A stretch of 63,784 bases of DNA, counting the filler, from Octopus bimaculoides (lineage: Eukaryota): assembly GCF_001194135.2 (NCBI RefSeq). It is 6 parts of 6 records of this genome, joined end to end, with 100 filler letters (N's around TTAATTAATTAA, not from the genome) between each part and the next. Parts side by side here need not be neighbours in the genome. Positions count along the whole stretch, not along the records: positions 15,624 to 33,087 come from NC_068985.1; positions 33,188 to 48,722 come from NC_068999.1; 4 more parts are not named here. The stretch is one strand, 5' to 3'. Below, piece by piece: positions 25,788-38,749 of this stretch; position 1 is the first letter of the stretch; every line of letters starts with the position of its first letter. The notes beneath the pieces were generated by a model. The model worked only from the letters and a program-made list of their open reading frames with translations. It was not told the origin of the DNA and did not search any database. Made by a program: the position numbers and the translations under genes.

Positions 25788-25860
25788 CTTCTTCAAAAAA
25801 ATGTTCTTTAACTTTTGAGTTGGCGACAACCATTGATGTTAATGGAGTTACGAAATTATA
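25788..25860 (-). CDS. ITIH-like gene exon (YNFVTPLTSMVV motif)
   Basis: cag|TAT...G|gtaatt, 73 nt, phase 0-1. Reads YNFVTPLTSMVVANSKVKEHFFEE, the canonical ITIH motif expected after 'LALK'. Not in the ORF track. Confidence 0.93.
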
Positions 25861-26480
25861 CTGTGACAAAGAAGAATATTAGGCATTTAGTGAAACAGAA
25901 ATATTAAAATGAAACCATACATGAAAGTAATAGATATAATTCAAACGCTCCACCATCGACATTATATTTCTACGTTTTCACCGCTTGTACATTTCAGGTA
26001 GCAACTACCAGCTTCAAGAGCTGTGAGAATAGCTAAAATCGTAGAGTGCTAGAATAAATGTAATAGATTGTTCAACTTTGTCTTTTGTTTCTCTTTAGAT
26101 AATCCTTTCTACTATAGGTACAAGGCCTGAAATTTTAAAGGAGGGGGTCAGTCGATTAGATCGACCCAGTACGCAACTGGTACTTAATTTATCGATCCCG
26201 AAAGGATGAAAAGCAAAGTCGACCTCGGCGTCATTTCAACTCAGAACGTAAAGATGGACGAACACAGCTAAGCATTTCGTCCAGCATGCTCACAATTCTG
26301 CCAGCTCACCGCCTTGGAATCGTTAAATAATAACAACTAAGATACATATAGGCTGATTTGAATGATATGTATGAATCTGACATCGAGTGATGTTGATAAC
26401 TAATATAAACTAATTAATATAAAATATCTTTCTTTTTTAAATATAGGTAAATAATTAATTATAACATCATTTTTACTCAC

Positions 26481-27169
26481 CTTTAGAGCCAAATTAAGAA
26501 TATCATGTCGCACTTCTTCTGTTCTGTCTTCCTTGAGAAGTTGCTGCAAGGTGATGTAAGCATAGGTTTTTTCGGTAATTTCAGAAAGTGACTGAATACT
26601 AGTCAATCTGGAATTTTGCGAAAAACCGTCATCATATATGGTAAAGTCATCTCCATATAATTCTAGTTTTAATATTTCACTATCACGACCCCAGAAATTT
26701 GTCATTGTTAAATTTACTTTTATGGTCGATAGGTATTCTTGCGTCAAAACACCGGAAACAACTAATTCTGATCCTTTGAAGTAGCTGCTAAATTTTGAAG
26801 TACTAGTATTAACAGCACCATCTAAGTAAACAAATGTAATATCCTTTAATAAAATGTTAGATATTTCTTTATAGAGATTTTCAATTTGGAGACTACTATC
26901 AGAGTCTACGTAAATCTTCTTGTTGAAGCCCCCGTTTTCCGTGGCAATCTCACGAAGAAATTTACTGTCACAATCATCTCCGAAACAAATGGCGAATAAT
27001 GAAATCTGTTCGTTAGCTTCTCTCACATTTTTCTTGATAAGTTCGACGTCAGTGACTCCTACTGTTGGATCTCCGTCAGTGAGAAATACGATGATACTTT
27101 TCTTCGTAGAGGTTAGAGCAGGTTTATGTTTCTCTATACTTTGAAGGAGAGCAGAGTTAATATTTGTAA
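26481..27169 (-). CDS. ITIH-like gene exon, vWA C-terminal half and downstream region
   Basis: cag|TT...AAG|gtgagt, 689 nt, phase 1-0. Reads FTNINSALL...IIVFLTDGDPTVGVTD...FAICFGDDCDSKFLREIATENGGFNKKIY...YFKGSELVVSG...EKTYAYITLQQLL...ILNLALK, supplying the MIDAS T and D residues. Confidence 0.96.
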
Positions 27170-27855
27170 CTGAAACAAGAGTAAAATTACATATACACAC
27201 AGAGAAAAAATATAACAGAATGCCTGTAACACAAGGAATTAGGGACATTAGTATAGATGTTTTCGATCTAGTTTGGATTCTTTGCCATCAAATTTGAATT
27301 CTTTGCAATCGAATTTGATGGCAAAGAATCCAAACTAGATCAAAAACATCTATAAAAGCTTTAATAAAATAAATTTTATAATGATAGTCAACCTCGGTGG
27401 AATTTGAACTCAGAACGTAGCAACGGGTGAAATACCGATAAGCATTGCATCCAGTCCGCTAACAATTCTGCCAGCTCACCGCCTTAAACGTTATAATAAT
27501 AATAATCCTTTCTACTATACGCACAAGGCCTGAAATTTGTGGGGAGGAGTCAGGCGATTAGATCGCCCCCAGTGCGTAACTGGTACTTAATTCATCGACC
27601 CCGAAAGGATGAAAGGCAAAGTCGACCTCGGCGGAATTTGAACTCAGAACGTAAAGACAGACGAAATATCGCTAAACATTTCGCCCGGCGTGCTAACGAA
27701 TCTGCCAGCTCGCTGCATTAAACTTCATAATAATAAATGTTATAATAATAAATGTTATAATAATAAATTGTAATGAAATATAACATGCAGAAACAGTTTG
27801 AGACTGATGACAAATTAAATTGTACATAAATATAAGAAATAAATGTTTAACTTAC

Positions 27856-28144
27856 ATCCATCGGCTTGGAGTGCCTTAATGTAATTTTTGCCTAATTCTT
27901 TGTTAGTACTGTTTGCTAGTAAAAATTTGTCCATCATCCATGAGACATCACTGCTGAATTTTCCAATGAGAAATGCATCAAGCTCTGGATCGAGTTGATC
28001 AAGGATATTTTCCATAGCTTCTTTCAGGGGTCCAATTTTACAACAATACATTGATCCGCTGACATCAAGCATAAATACAACGTGTTTTGGAAGACTTGGT
28101 AAGGAATCAGGAGTGAAGAAGTGCACAAAGTAGCCATCAACTGC
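27856..28144 (-). CDS. ITIH-like gene exon, start of vWA domain
   Basis: cag|GCA...T|gtaagt, 289 nt, phase 0-1. Reads AVDGYFVHFFTPDSLPSLPKHVVFMLDVSGSM...ALQADG, containing the ITIH hallmark GYFVHFF.P and the MIDAS DxSxS. Confidence 0.96.
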
Positions 28145-28482
28145 CTGGGAATTTGATAGTGGAGGGTGGAGGAATAAAACATTAATGATGGTTTAACTTA
28201 ATAATTCACAGAAAAGTATTCCATCTAATATTTGGTATGGTATATTACAAATATAAATTGTAATGTTCAGACTCAAACTATATAGCGTATACGTATATGT
28301 ATAAGTACATACATACATACATACATACATACACACACACATACATATGATAAAGTAATTATTTTTTCCAGAATATGTTGTTTTCAAGAAGTGATTGTGA
28401 TACATTCATAACATAGAAGTATAGCATGAAAATCCATTGCAACTACCATGATGAGAATTTAACATAAAAATAATTATCTTAC

Positions 28483-28646
28483 ATATATTAAATTTGAATT
28501 ATTTTGACGATCCACATTATATTCCACTCTGAATAAGCCTGCAACACCATCTTTGTCTGAAATTTCTTCTTGTTGTTTACGACTTGGGTTGTATTTGATG
28601 TGAACCTCTCTGCTGCTGGTGTACACAATTGAAGCAGAATCTAGCT
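28483..28646 (-). CDS. ITIH-like gene exon, VIT-vWA linker
   Basis: cag|AG...TAT|gtaaga, 164 nt, phase 1-0. Reads ELDSASIVYTSSREVHIKYNPSRKQQEEISDKDGVAGLFRVEYNVDRQNNSNLIY (ITIH-type F.PS..QQ......G..G.F.V.YDV.R). Confidence 0.93.
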
Positions 28647-29759
28647 CTGTTTGGAAAACAAACATTTTAATATATATCGATAACAGAATCGAATAAATAT
28701 CTATTATTTCAATATCACCAAGCATCATGAGATATAATTTAAACGGCTTCATGGACTATCTAATGTTGACTACAGAACAATGTCATATTTACTGTGTAAT
28801 AATGTAAAGCGAACAACGGCAGAAGTTTACCCTGGGTGAGTAATGTTATGTCAGCGCAGGGCATCTTCACATTAACTATACCGTAGGCAGCATTTTATTA
28901 CTGTAAGACAGTACAGTATTTAATGAGGGACTACATAACATTTGAGGGTTAGATAGTGCAAAGTGTGTACTGCATGATATCTATAGTGGGACAGTCTAGT
29001 AAGAAATGCTAGGGAGAGCTGAATAACAGGTCTTCAAAGAAGAAACTCCCACGACTTTATGTAAATGTTTTGGCCCATAACTGTTGAAACTCAAAGGAGC
29101 CGGGCCACTTCCAAGCATATGATTCTGGGAATCTCTCTGATCTACCATTTTGTGTTTTCATTGTAACCAGCACCTCTTCGGTGGTCTAGGTGTACCAGGG
29201 CTAAGACACCTTAGATACATAACCACTTCCGCTTGAGACACCAGTTAAACGTAGAGTAACTTATGCCTTCTCAAATTTACTTTCATTCCTCCTTGACTAC
29301 TAATGTATATAACGAGACATTATCATACCTACTATGGGGATGTAAACAGTTGATTCTGAAATTTACTGTGAAAAACTATTATTGTTTACAGCGGGAAATC
29401 TTAATAAATGGCGGCCTCTGTAACGATACATTGAGAATGGGTAAAAAGAGAATGTGTAACTAGAACGTGCTTTAGCAAAAGGCAGTGTAATATTTACTTT
29501 AGAATAGCGTATGGTCATGGAAGGAGCCATCTGATGTTAACTGCTGTAGAATAGTATAACACTTGATCTGTGAGAAAATATCCTGTTTGTTTCCGGAAGG
29601 ACAGTGAAATGTTTACTACAGCCCAGTGTAATTCTCATTGAAGAATTACAAGAGAATTACAAGATTGAATACTTGGGCATTATATTGTTGATCGTAAGAC
29701 GATATAATGTTACGGAAAAGACAAAATGTTATACCAGAGACGTTTCAATATTAGTTAAA

Positions 29760-29980
29760 GGTAAAGCGGTGAGTTGGTACAATCGTTAGCACGCCGGTCG
29801 AAATGCTTAGCAGTATTTCGTCTGTCTTTACGTTCTGAGTTCAAATTCCGCCAAAGTTGACTTTGCCTTTCATCCTTTCGGGGTCGATAAATTAAGTACC
29901 AGTTGCTTACTGAGGTCGATCTAATCGACTGGCCCCTCCCAAAAATTTCGGGCCTTGTGCTTAGAGTAGAAAAGAATATT
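29760..29980 (+). mobile_element. tRNA-derived SINE family A (representative copy)
   Basis: aaggcggcgagctggcagaatcgttagc (A box)...gagttcaaattccgcc (B box)...cctttcggggtcgataaattaagtaccag...gccttgtgcctagagtagaaaag. Other copies at ~7885-8097(-), 10640-10830(-), 13590-13800(-), 16975-17340(+), 17930-18150(-), 23490-23725(+), 23815-24215(+, two), 26100-26315(-), 27385-27486(-), 27505-27720(-), 33480-33610(+), 47418-47510(-), 48035-48130(+), 55135-55265(+) and 61460-61650(+). Confidence 0.88.
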
Positions 29981-30673
29981 AGTTAAGGGTAAGCCAAATG
30001 GTATTCGTACCATCCTTAAGTGCATTGTTATCATTCTATGTGAAATGCTTTCTATATACGAGAAATGCTTTCTATAAACGAGAATGAAAATCAATTTGTA
30101 GATCACTTACTGATAGCTGCGGCTCGAAGGTATCGCCTATGGTAGATAACGACGAGAAAAAGTGACCTCATCTTTGATATAGCTTCTCATCCTTATATCA
30201 CACACTTTTATGTTACCTTTCGCAAAGTAGTTGAATTATTATCCATTCTAAACCTTCGACAATATGTCCAATATCTTTTCCTTCAATTTGCGGCCTTCTA
30301 TTCCTAGTTGAAGTTTCTTTGTAACCAGTTTTTACGAGTATAATGCTTAATGTAAAACTAGTGAACGTTACATTGTGTTTTTATATATTTCCCTAATATC
30401 TACTTTTGTTGAAATCTCTTACAAAATCTCTGTTCGTTTGTTTATTTGTTTATTTGATATTTTTGTTTTTTATAGTCCAAGTTTTGTTTTTTAGCCCAGA
30501 ATCAAAATAGCTTAATATTTGCTACAGAAACAGTACTTTTATCATCGGGTGTGACATTTCTATATTCTCTATTCTCACAGTTGAATATATAAAGGTACTG
30601 GTTTAATGAAATTTACGACGATAATAACTTGTATAAAAATATAGAGTAAACCAAGCATAAATTAGTTACCTAC

Positions 30674-30924
30674 CTGTGTCATCGGTGATATTCATTAATA
30701 TATCACCTTTAATTTCAGGTACAGACAAATCAATAATGTCGTGGGGTTCCGTAATAAAAACCTCAACTAAAAAGTCATCAATAATTCCACCATTTGACAA
30801 ATGAATGACGTGCCTATATTTATAGTCTTGTCGTGTCAGAAGTTCTTGGTATGTTAGATTGTAAACTATATTCTTTTGGGGTTCAACGTTAACAGATATA
30901 TCAAAGACATTTGTGAAGCGATGT
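30674..30924 (-). CDS. ITIH-like gene exon, VIT C-terminus and linker
   Basis: cag|A...G|gtaggt, 251 nt, phase 2-1. Reads HRFTNVFDISVNVEPQKNIVYNLTYQELLTRQDYKYRHVIHL..., with the F.ISVNV.P....F.LTYQELL motif. Confidence 0.93.
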
Positions 30925-31019
30925 CTGGAAAATGACAGAATAGGCAGATTATTTTGAAGATATTTTAATTCGAATAGTAAGAGCAAGAAATACGAAATAT
31001 GAGGAAAATAACACATTAC

Positions 31020-31130
31020 TTGACTTCAATATATCCAGCACTTTGCCTTGTTTCAACGGCATGTTCGTAAATATTTTTAGCAACTGATTTTTCTTTTACT
31101 TCTCCTACAGTCACGTTTCCATCAATTTCC
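31020..31130 (-). CDS. ITIH-like gene exon, VIT domain (middle)
   Basis: tag|G...AA|gtaatg, 111 nt, phase 2-2. Reads EIDGNVTVGEVKEKSVAKNIYEHAVETRQSAGYIEV, matching the VIT pattern xIDG..YVGEVKEKxxAxxxYxxAVxxGxxAG. Not captured by the ORF track. Confidence 0.92.
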
Positions 31131-31579
31131 CTACAATCGACAACAAAATTAAATGAATATAAACAACTTTGAAAAAAATCACTAAAATTATTTTAGAATT
31201 TTAAAAATATTTGTAACTCTTTTCATTATACTTTCAGTGTCTCCATGTAATAATCAAATAAACTTACATGGTGCCAAAACTAATGAGTAAAGTGTAACTA
31301 ATTATTTTTTAATGTATTTCGATAGACATTTTAATTTTAAAGGTTATATCTTTTATGAGTTATTCATATAAAAAAAGACAGTTTCTGACCTTTGAGAACT
31401 TTTCGAGACATCATGAGCTTGATGTATTGGATATTCAGATAGAATATTTGTGCAGAAATGTGGTTTGTTATGGGTTGGATGGTGGGGTTTAGTTGGTCGT
31501 GAAAGAACAGAATGAAATATTTGGATTCATAATGAATTTTCATACTTAGCGTATCATTCAATGATCTTCATAACCATGA

Positions 31580-32200
31580 TGCTAGAGAGGAATGAACCTC
31601 AAATACACGCAAAATGACCAGAAGGCTTTGATGCCATGCAATTCAAAAGCTTTCCTAAAGGCAAGTATAACAATATTGCTTTCAACAGGTTTCTCGAATG
31701 CGATAGACCAATAGCGGATCACATAGGAGAGCAAATATCTGATACATTTTTCTCTGTGAATGATGTGATTGTTTACATGGTCTTTCATTACTTGAGATAT
31801 TTGTATGTAAGTAATTGGCAAGTTCATTAAGATTGCTATACCTGTGGTCTATTCTAGAGCAGTGATTTTAAAACTTTTCCAGTCCATAGCACACTGAACA
31901 AGGCATCAAACGTGTTTATGGCACTTTTACATATTTCTTCTGCATAAGAGTTTGGTGAAAGTAGAAGCTTTCTCAGAAACCCTTGTGAGATTGCGTTTAC
32001 AGAAGTATTTAAAACTGGTAATCCGAATTCACAAATGATTTGAAGCATATTTGTGTGTAAGAAGCAAAGATTTAAAAGTTAAAAAGGCAGCAAATATAAT
32101 GGTGTTTATAATGTTCTGTTGAAATCTGGGGGGCACGGAAACTTGTAATTTGCACATTATGTCCTTTTTACTTTTTTACAGTTACAGACGATGTAATGTT
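31580..32200 (-). mobile_element. Highly decayed CR1/L2-type LINE reverse-transcriptase fragment (intronic)
   Basis: Weak motif echoes: AEEICKS...TGKV, DWKS, CIRYLL...PVESNIVILAFRKAFE (cf. C.TNLL...VD.IYLDF.KAFD). Confidence 0.45.
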
Positions 32201-32900
32201 GGACAAACACTTTCCAGTGGATGATGATTTCGATATATTATAAGATGCACTTCAACACAGTTGTACACCAGCTACTGGAGTGCTTTGATTTTTATGGGAT
32301 TTGGTTGTGCGTGAGAATATAAAAGGATATGCAGAGATGAATGCTTTAGTCATTCGCTTAGCAGTTTCAGGTGGATCAGAGATAAAGTAGGTCTTCAATC
32401 AAGAATAATCGCCATAAAGCAGGCTGAGTCCGATCAATTTACGACGACTTTTTACGTAAACCCACCGAAACCGTATACCGTGTTCTTTGCTGTCGTTCTT
32501 CTATTTTCCCTCCCATTGCTAGTGTTTCACATATCCACTGAACATTTTCATGTAGAATATTTACTGTAAATCTACTTGTTACAGTCCATGTTTCCCCAAA
32601 CTATTCACACAGAAGTTAAATTCAGAAATGGAAAGTAATGAAACAAGTTGTCATTTTTACTGTGCGGCCAACGTCTCTAATAGTGATTTATTTTCATTCC
32701 TAGCAAGATCGAAAACACCAGATTTGTCTCTGAAGTATTTTGATTACATTTTCCTTTGCAGAACAACTTCCTTCTGGTACTTTCATGTCATCTGGTTTTC
32801 CTCTGCTGTTCACCTTCAGAACTTCCAACTGAGCATGAAACTTACGAATCTTCCCAGTATTGATATTCACTAGTAAAAGAAAAGAGATCACGGAAGACTA

Positions 32901-33087
32901 TGGATCTTGTTCAAAACGGGGGCACCAGTTTTCATTAATGTTTTATGTAGTGTTTTTGGTACCGAAAGACTTTCAAACTTCGTATACTTATCTATTTTGG
33001 ATCTTGTTCAAAACGGGGGCACCAGTTTTCATTAATGTTTTGTGTAGTGTTTTTGGTACCGAAAGACTTTCAAACTTCGTATACTTA
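32901..33087. repeat. 97-bp tandem repeat running into a gap
   Basis: tggatcttgttcaaaacgggggcaccag... at 32901 and 32998, nearly identical. Confidence 0.85.
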
Positions 33088-33207
33088 NNNNNNNNNNNNN
33101 NNNNNNNNNNNNNNNNNNNNNNNNNNNNNNNTTAATTAATTAANNNNNNNNNNNNNNNNNNNNNNNNNNNNNNNNNNNNNNNNNNNNTCAAAATAAGCAA
33201 CAAGGTA

Positions 33208-33296
33208 ATGCAGTACGATCGTTTCATGCAACTCCATTTAATTGAACAATGCAATCATGAGATCAATTTAAAAGGCAGAGCAATCCTCGGCTGCAC
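33208..33296 (-). ncRNA. Degenerate hammerhead-like motif (U4->C), long imperfect stem II
   Basis: GUGCAG-CCGAGGA-~58 nt-GAAAC-GAUC-GUA-CUGCAU; palindromic ACGAUCGU stem III. Same repeat family as 48871-49004 and 49388-49521. Confidence 0.5.
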
Positions 33297-34202
33297 AAAG
33301 ACATAGAATCTAAATATGAAACATCATGAAATCGTTCAAACTGAAGTCCTTCTTGAGCGGACACATTTTTCCATTCGATTCCATACAGAATTACAGATAG
33401 TATTTATGGAATTTTGATTTGCTGTCGGGTGACTTTTGGCCAACCCTGTTTGTACATGTATATATATATGCGTTCCGAGCTCAAAAGCTTCTGAGGTTAA
33501 CTTTGCCTTTCATCCTGACGGGTTCGCTCGATAAAACAAGCTGAACACTGGGGTCGATGTAATCGACTGAACCCCTTCCCCGAAGTTGCTGGCCTTGAAC
33601 CAGAATTTGGAATTGATATATGTAATTGAGTAGAATATTTGGCTGTAACAAACGAGTTGTAAAGTACTGCTACGAACAATAATCGTATTTACGACGATAG
33701 ACACGTTTCACCAAATTTACATAATGTTTCGAACAAGGAGGGAAAACGTGTAATTTAAGTTTGACTAAAATGTTAAATAGTGTTCTGCTAAAATTTCGTC
33801 CTGCATTTAAACCATTATCGTTTGCAGAAGCCAACAAATAACGAAAACGCTTCGATGAATGGTATTACATTGGAGGAATGATTAACACAACAATACAGGT
33901 CCTAGAGGAAGGCTGTAATTATTTCGACTGTGTGTTGTAAGAGAATATTTCTCCATCTTAAATCTGTATATTTTGTAGACTGAAAGGAATCATTCAAAAT
34001 GCCCAGAAAAGAAACCGTAGAATTCTCTTGGATTACATTTTTTTTTGCGCGGGGGAGTGACTAAGTGAAACGGCTTACAAAATGATTAAACCCGAAGTGA
34101 TTCGTGTTTAAAGCAGAAACGTCTCGCATGTAAAGAAAAACGTATTTAACACTTTGCCTAGCATGGGAGTCACCGGTGACTCTCCACGCAATGTTCTTAA
34201 TA

Positions 34203-34345
34203 TACGAGGATTCGGCTGAAAAGTTCATAGGTTGACCGAGATACTCTCGTGGAATGTGACTAAATGAGATTTATATTTCAACATAGTCCTCCTTGCGGAA
34301 CACATACTTCTTCCGTCGGATCCTATTGGTAAAGAAGAATGCAGT
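34203..34345 (+). mobile_element. Mariner-like terminal fragment
   Basis: Starts tacgaggattcggctgaaaagttcatagg, similar to the TIR of the MITE at 25481. Confidence 0.5.
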
Positions 34346-35442
34346 TATTGATAAGAGTTGAAAATAATGCATGGAATACTTCAGAGTTGATGACTTTTTT
34401 TTTTTTTTTTTTTTNNNNNNNNNNNNNNNNNNNNNNNNNNNNNNNNNNNNNNNNNNNNNNNNNNNNNNNNNNNNNNNNNNNNNNNNNNNNNNNNNNNNNN
34501 NNNNNNNNNNNNNNNNNNNNNNNNNNNNNNNNNNNNNNNNNNNNNNNNNNNNNNNNNNNNNNNNNNNNNNNNNNNNNNNNNNNNNNNNNNNNNNNNNNNN
34601 NNNNNNNNNNNNNNNNNNNNNNNNNNNNNNNNNNNNNNNNNNNNNNNNNNNNNNNNNNNNNNNNNNNNNNNNNNNNNNNNNNNNNNNNNNNNNNNNNNNN
34701 NNNNNNNNNNNNNNNNNNNNNNNNNNNNNNNNNNNNNNNNNNNNNNNNNNNNNNNNNNNNNNNNNNNNNNNNNNNNNNNNNNNNNNNNNNNNNNNNNNNN
34801 NNNNNNNNNNNNNNNNNNNNNNNNNNNNNNNNNNNNNNNNNNNNNNNNNNNNNNNNNNNNNNNNNNNNNNNNNNNNNNNNNNNNNNNNNNNNNNNNNNNN
34901 NNNNNNNNNNNNNNNNNNNNNNNNNNNNNNNNNNNNNNNNNNNNNNNNNNNNNNNNNNNNNNNNNNNNNNNNNNNNNNNNNNNNNNNNNNNNNNNNNNNN
35001 NNNNNNNNNNNNNNNNNNNNNNNNNNNNNNNNNNNNNNNNNNNNNNNNNNNNNNNNNNNNNNNNNNNNNNNNNNNNNNNNNNNNNNNNNNNNNNNNNNNN
35101 NNNNNNNNNNNNNNNNNNNNNNNNNNNNNNNNNNNNNNNNNNNNNNNNNNNNNNNNNNNNNNNNNNNNNNNNNNNNNNNNNNNNNNNNNNNNNNNNNGTG
35201 TGTGCGTGTGTGCGTGTGTGTGCGTGTGTGTGTGTGATGTGTGTGTGTATGTGTGTGTGGTGTGTGTGTGTGTATGTGTGTGTGTGTGTATGTGTGTGTG
35301 TATGTGTGTGTGTACATGTGTCTACGTGCGCGCGCGCGCGTGTGCGTGTGTGTGCGTGTGTGTGTCGGTGTGTGCGCGTGTATGTGTGTGCATTTCTTCG
35401 TGATACATCAAAATGAACTGCCTGCTTGAGTAGACATCTATG

Positions 35443-35473
<31 letters not shown>

Positions 35474-36140
35474 TTGAGTGGTAAGAAGCTTGCTTCCCAA
35501 CCACATGATTCCGTGTTCAGTTCCACTGCGTAGCGCCTTGAACAAGTGCCTTCTACTATAGCCGACGAAAAACGAAGGGACTATTTTCACAGCTTAAGTT
35601 GACGTAAAGCGAAGGGACTATTTTTTTTTTATGCTAATAGTGGTGAATAATCCGTTCGCTTCACGTCAACTTAAGCTATGAAAATAGCATTTCTTGAATC
35701 AAGTTACATTAAATAAGCCAGATTATAGTTCGTTGTACCTTCTAATCAGTGTACTAATAATAACAAAGCCGTTATCTATCACGAGTGTGCTATAAATCTA
35801 AGCAGGAAAAATGAGGAGGTCGCAGGGATGAGGCATTTTTTTGTCAGCAGACGGTAGATGTGTGTGGAGGGAGGGCGCACGATTATTAGGAAAATGGCTG
35901 ACAATCTGAAAATCTGAAGAGTAAGCAGTTTTTTTCTCCCCGCAATTAAGGTCAATAAGTAGGAGCTGTGGCATAATTGCAAAGCAACATATATTGCACA
36001 TACATACATACATACATACATACATACATACATACCCTGCTGTTGATGTTGAAATTCCAATGAAGGAGCCTTGGATCTAAGTTAGAGACCGGTTCTTTCT
36101 CTATTGGCAAGAAATCTTGAAATGAAACTGAACAATGACA

Positions 36141-36174
<34 letters not shown>

Positions 36175-37459
36175 CATACACATGCAACATATATACATAT
36201 ATAGGGATAGACAGACAAGATAGCTACATGCATATGCATACATATAGAAAGTTAGATAGATATAGATAGATATGTATATATGCATGTATATATATGTATA
36301 NNNNNNNNNNNNNNNNNNNNNNNNNNNNNNNNNNNNNNNNNNNNNNNNNNNNNNNNNNNNNNNNNNNNNNNNNNNNNNNNNNNNNNNNNNNNNNNNNNNN
36401 NNNNNNNNNNNNNNNNNNNNNNNNNNNNNNNNNNNNNNNNNNNNNNNNNNNNNNNNNNNNNNNNNNNNNNNNNNNNNNNNNNNNNNNNNNNNNNNNNNNN
36501 NNNNNNNNNNNNNNNNNNNNNNNNNNNNNNNNNNNNNNNNNNNNNNNNNNNNNNNNNNNNNNNNNNNNNNNNNNNNNNNNNNNNNNNNNNNNNNNNNNNN
36601 NNNNNNNNNNNNNNNNNNNNNNNNNNNNNNNNNNNNNNNNNNNNNNNNNNNNNNNNNNNNNNNNNNNNNNNNNNNNNNNNNNNNNNNNNNNNNNNNNNNN
36701 NNNNNNNNNNNNNNNNNNNNNNNNNNNNNNNNNNNNNNNNNNNNNNNNNNNNNNNNNNNNNNNNNNNNNNNNNNNNNNNNNNNNNNNNNNNNNNNNNNNN
36801 NNNNNNNNNNNNNNNNNNNNNNNNNNNNNNNNNNNNNNNNNNNNNNNNNNNNNNNNNNNNNNNNNNNNNNNNNNNNNNNNNNNNNNNNNNNNNNNNNNNN
36901 NNNNNNNNNNNNNNNNNNNNNNNNNNNNNNNNNNNNNNNNNNNNNNNNNNNNNNNNNNNNNNNNNNNNNNNNNNNNNNNNNNNNNNNNNNNNNNNNNNNN
37001 NNNNNNNNNNNNNNNNNNNNNNNNNNNNNNNNNNNNNNNNNNNNNNNNNNNNNNNNNNNNNNNNNNNNNNNNNNNNNNNNNNNNNNNNNNNNNNNNNNNN
37101 NNNNNNNNNNNNNNNNNNNNNNNNNNNNNNNNNNNNNNNNNNNNNNNNNNNNNNNNNNNNNNNNNNNNNNNAAAATATATTAAGTCTTGCATTAAAAGAT
37201 CAAATATGTCGGCGCAGGTGTGGTTGGGTAGCAAGAAGCTTGTTTTCCTGCCACATGGTTCCGCGTTCAATCGTTGAGCAAGTGTCTTCTACTTGTTCCT
37301 TGCTTTTTTTAAATGCTCGTTGAAAAGTGTCAACGAATCGTTCTGCTTGCCCATTTTATCTCGGGCCGAGAGAAAAATGTGCTTGCTTGCATGCATTTTG
37401 CAGAAATTTTCAACTGATAAGTTATTCTTACTGGTGGGACAGCCATTTTTTTTTTTTTT

Positions 37460-38075
37460 TTTTTACAGTACAGTCTTATGGGGAGGTCCCATAAGTCAAA
37501 CAACTCTATCCAGTCCGTACCGAACAGATTGGTTGCATTTTTTAACACAAAAACTTTTGCTCTACAGATTTTGTCACGAAATGTAATATCACTTCACAAT
37601 GTAATATCACTTCACAATGTAATATCACTTCACAATGTAATATCACTTCACAATTTGTCTACGAAGTGTAGTTTTCCACCTGCCACGCCTCGTGCAATTT
37701 TCGATGGTTTTCTTAACGTAGGTCTCCCGATTCTTTTCCACATATTAATAATCGAAATGTCGCTACCAATATCTAGTAGTAATTTGATATTCACTTCGTT
37801 TACTTTTAGATGTGTAAATTTTCTCTTTATGGTGTCGTTTCTACTTACCGTTGAGAAAAATTTAGAGTTTTTATGTTCGACCTTCCTATCTTTGCTTTAC
37901 AATGTGAGCACTTGTGTCCTATTTTTTGGCAACTGTAACATTTCCGCGTTTTGAAAGGACAGTCCTTCCTGAAATGTAAGGCTCCATATCCGTAGCATGG
38001 GTTTGGTCCAAACATTTTTTTCTTTCTCGTTTATTCCTTCCCGGTCGACATGCCTGTACTTGTGAGAAATCTTTC
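37460..38075 (-). mobile_element. Ty3/Gypsy LTR-retrotransposon gag zinc-knuckle + protease fragment, decayed
   Basis: PCYGYGALHFRKDCPFKTRKCYSCQKIGHKCSHC, then a frameshift, then KLLLDIGSDISII...WKRIGRPTL...GGKLHF and NLFGTDWIELFDLWDLPI. No LTRs were seen. Confidence 0.85.
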
Positions 38076-38092
38076 TCTTCAATTTTTTTAAT

Positions 38093-38149
<57 letters not shown>

Positions 38150-38170
38150 GTGAGACAGACAGATAGACAA

Positions 38171-38225
<55 letters not shown>

Positions 38226-38591
38226 CATACATACATACATACATACATACATACATACATACATACATAGACGGACAGACAGAAATATATAGGCAGGTAG
38301 ATAGGTATAGATATGGAAATATATATCCATATATTTATACGCACTCAAATGCGCATATGAATGTGTGTATGTACGTATATATGCGTGTGAATATGATTGC
38401 GTATTAGAGCGTGTGTTTGTGCATGTGTGTACATGTGTGTGTTTAAGAATATGCAGTTAGTTAATACGAACGCAGTTCGTCGTCTGCTTTACAAACGTCG
38501 CCATTCTATTTATAATTGACCAGATGTTAATTGATTAAATTTAGATTGTTTTGATTTTATTTCACAACGACGTCATTGTGGAAGTGGTAGC

Positions 38592-38593
<2 letters not shown>

Positions 38594-38623
<30 letters not shown>

Positions 38624-38717
38624 CTTCTCCTCCTCCTCCCCCTCCTCCTCCTCCACCTTCTTCTTCGTCTTCGTCTTCTTCTTCGTCTTCTTCTNNNNNN
38701 NNNNTGGAAGTGGTAGC

Positions 38718-38749
<32 letters not shown>

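Noticed and set aside
31268-31310. Perfect donor cat|gtaagt with the phase needed for the missing VIT exon
   Set aside because: The upstream frame gives only KIISYTLLISFGTM before a stop, with no VIT similarity and a poor acceptor.
32901-33087. CRISPR-like array
   Set aside because: The tandem units have no unique spacers, and the context is eukaryotic with no cas genes.
34085-34140. GAAACGUC preceded by a hairpin (also a lone GAAACGUC at ~29735 on the minus strand)
   Set aside because: No recognisable CUGANGA box or adjacent stem I.
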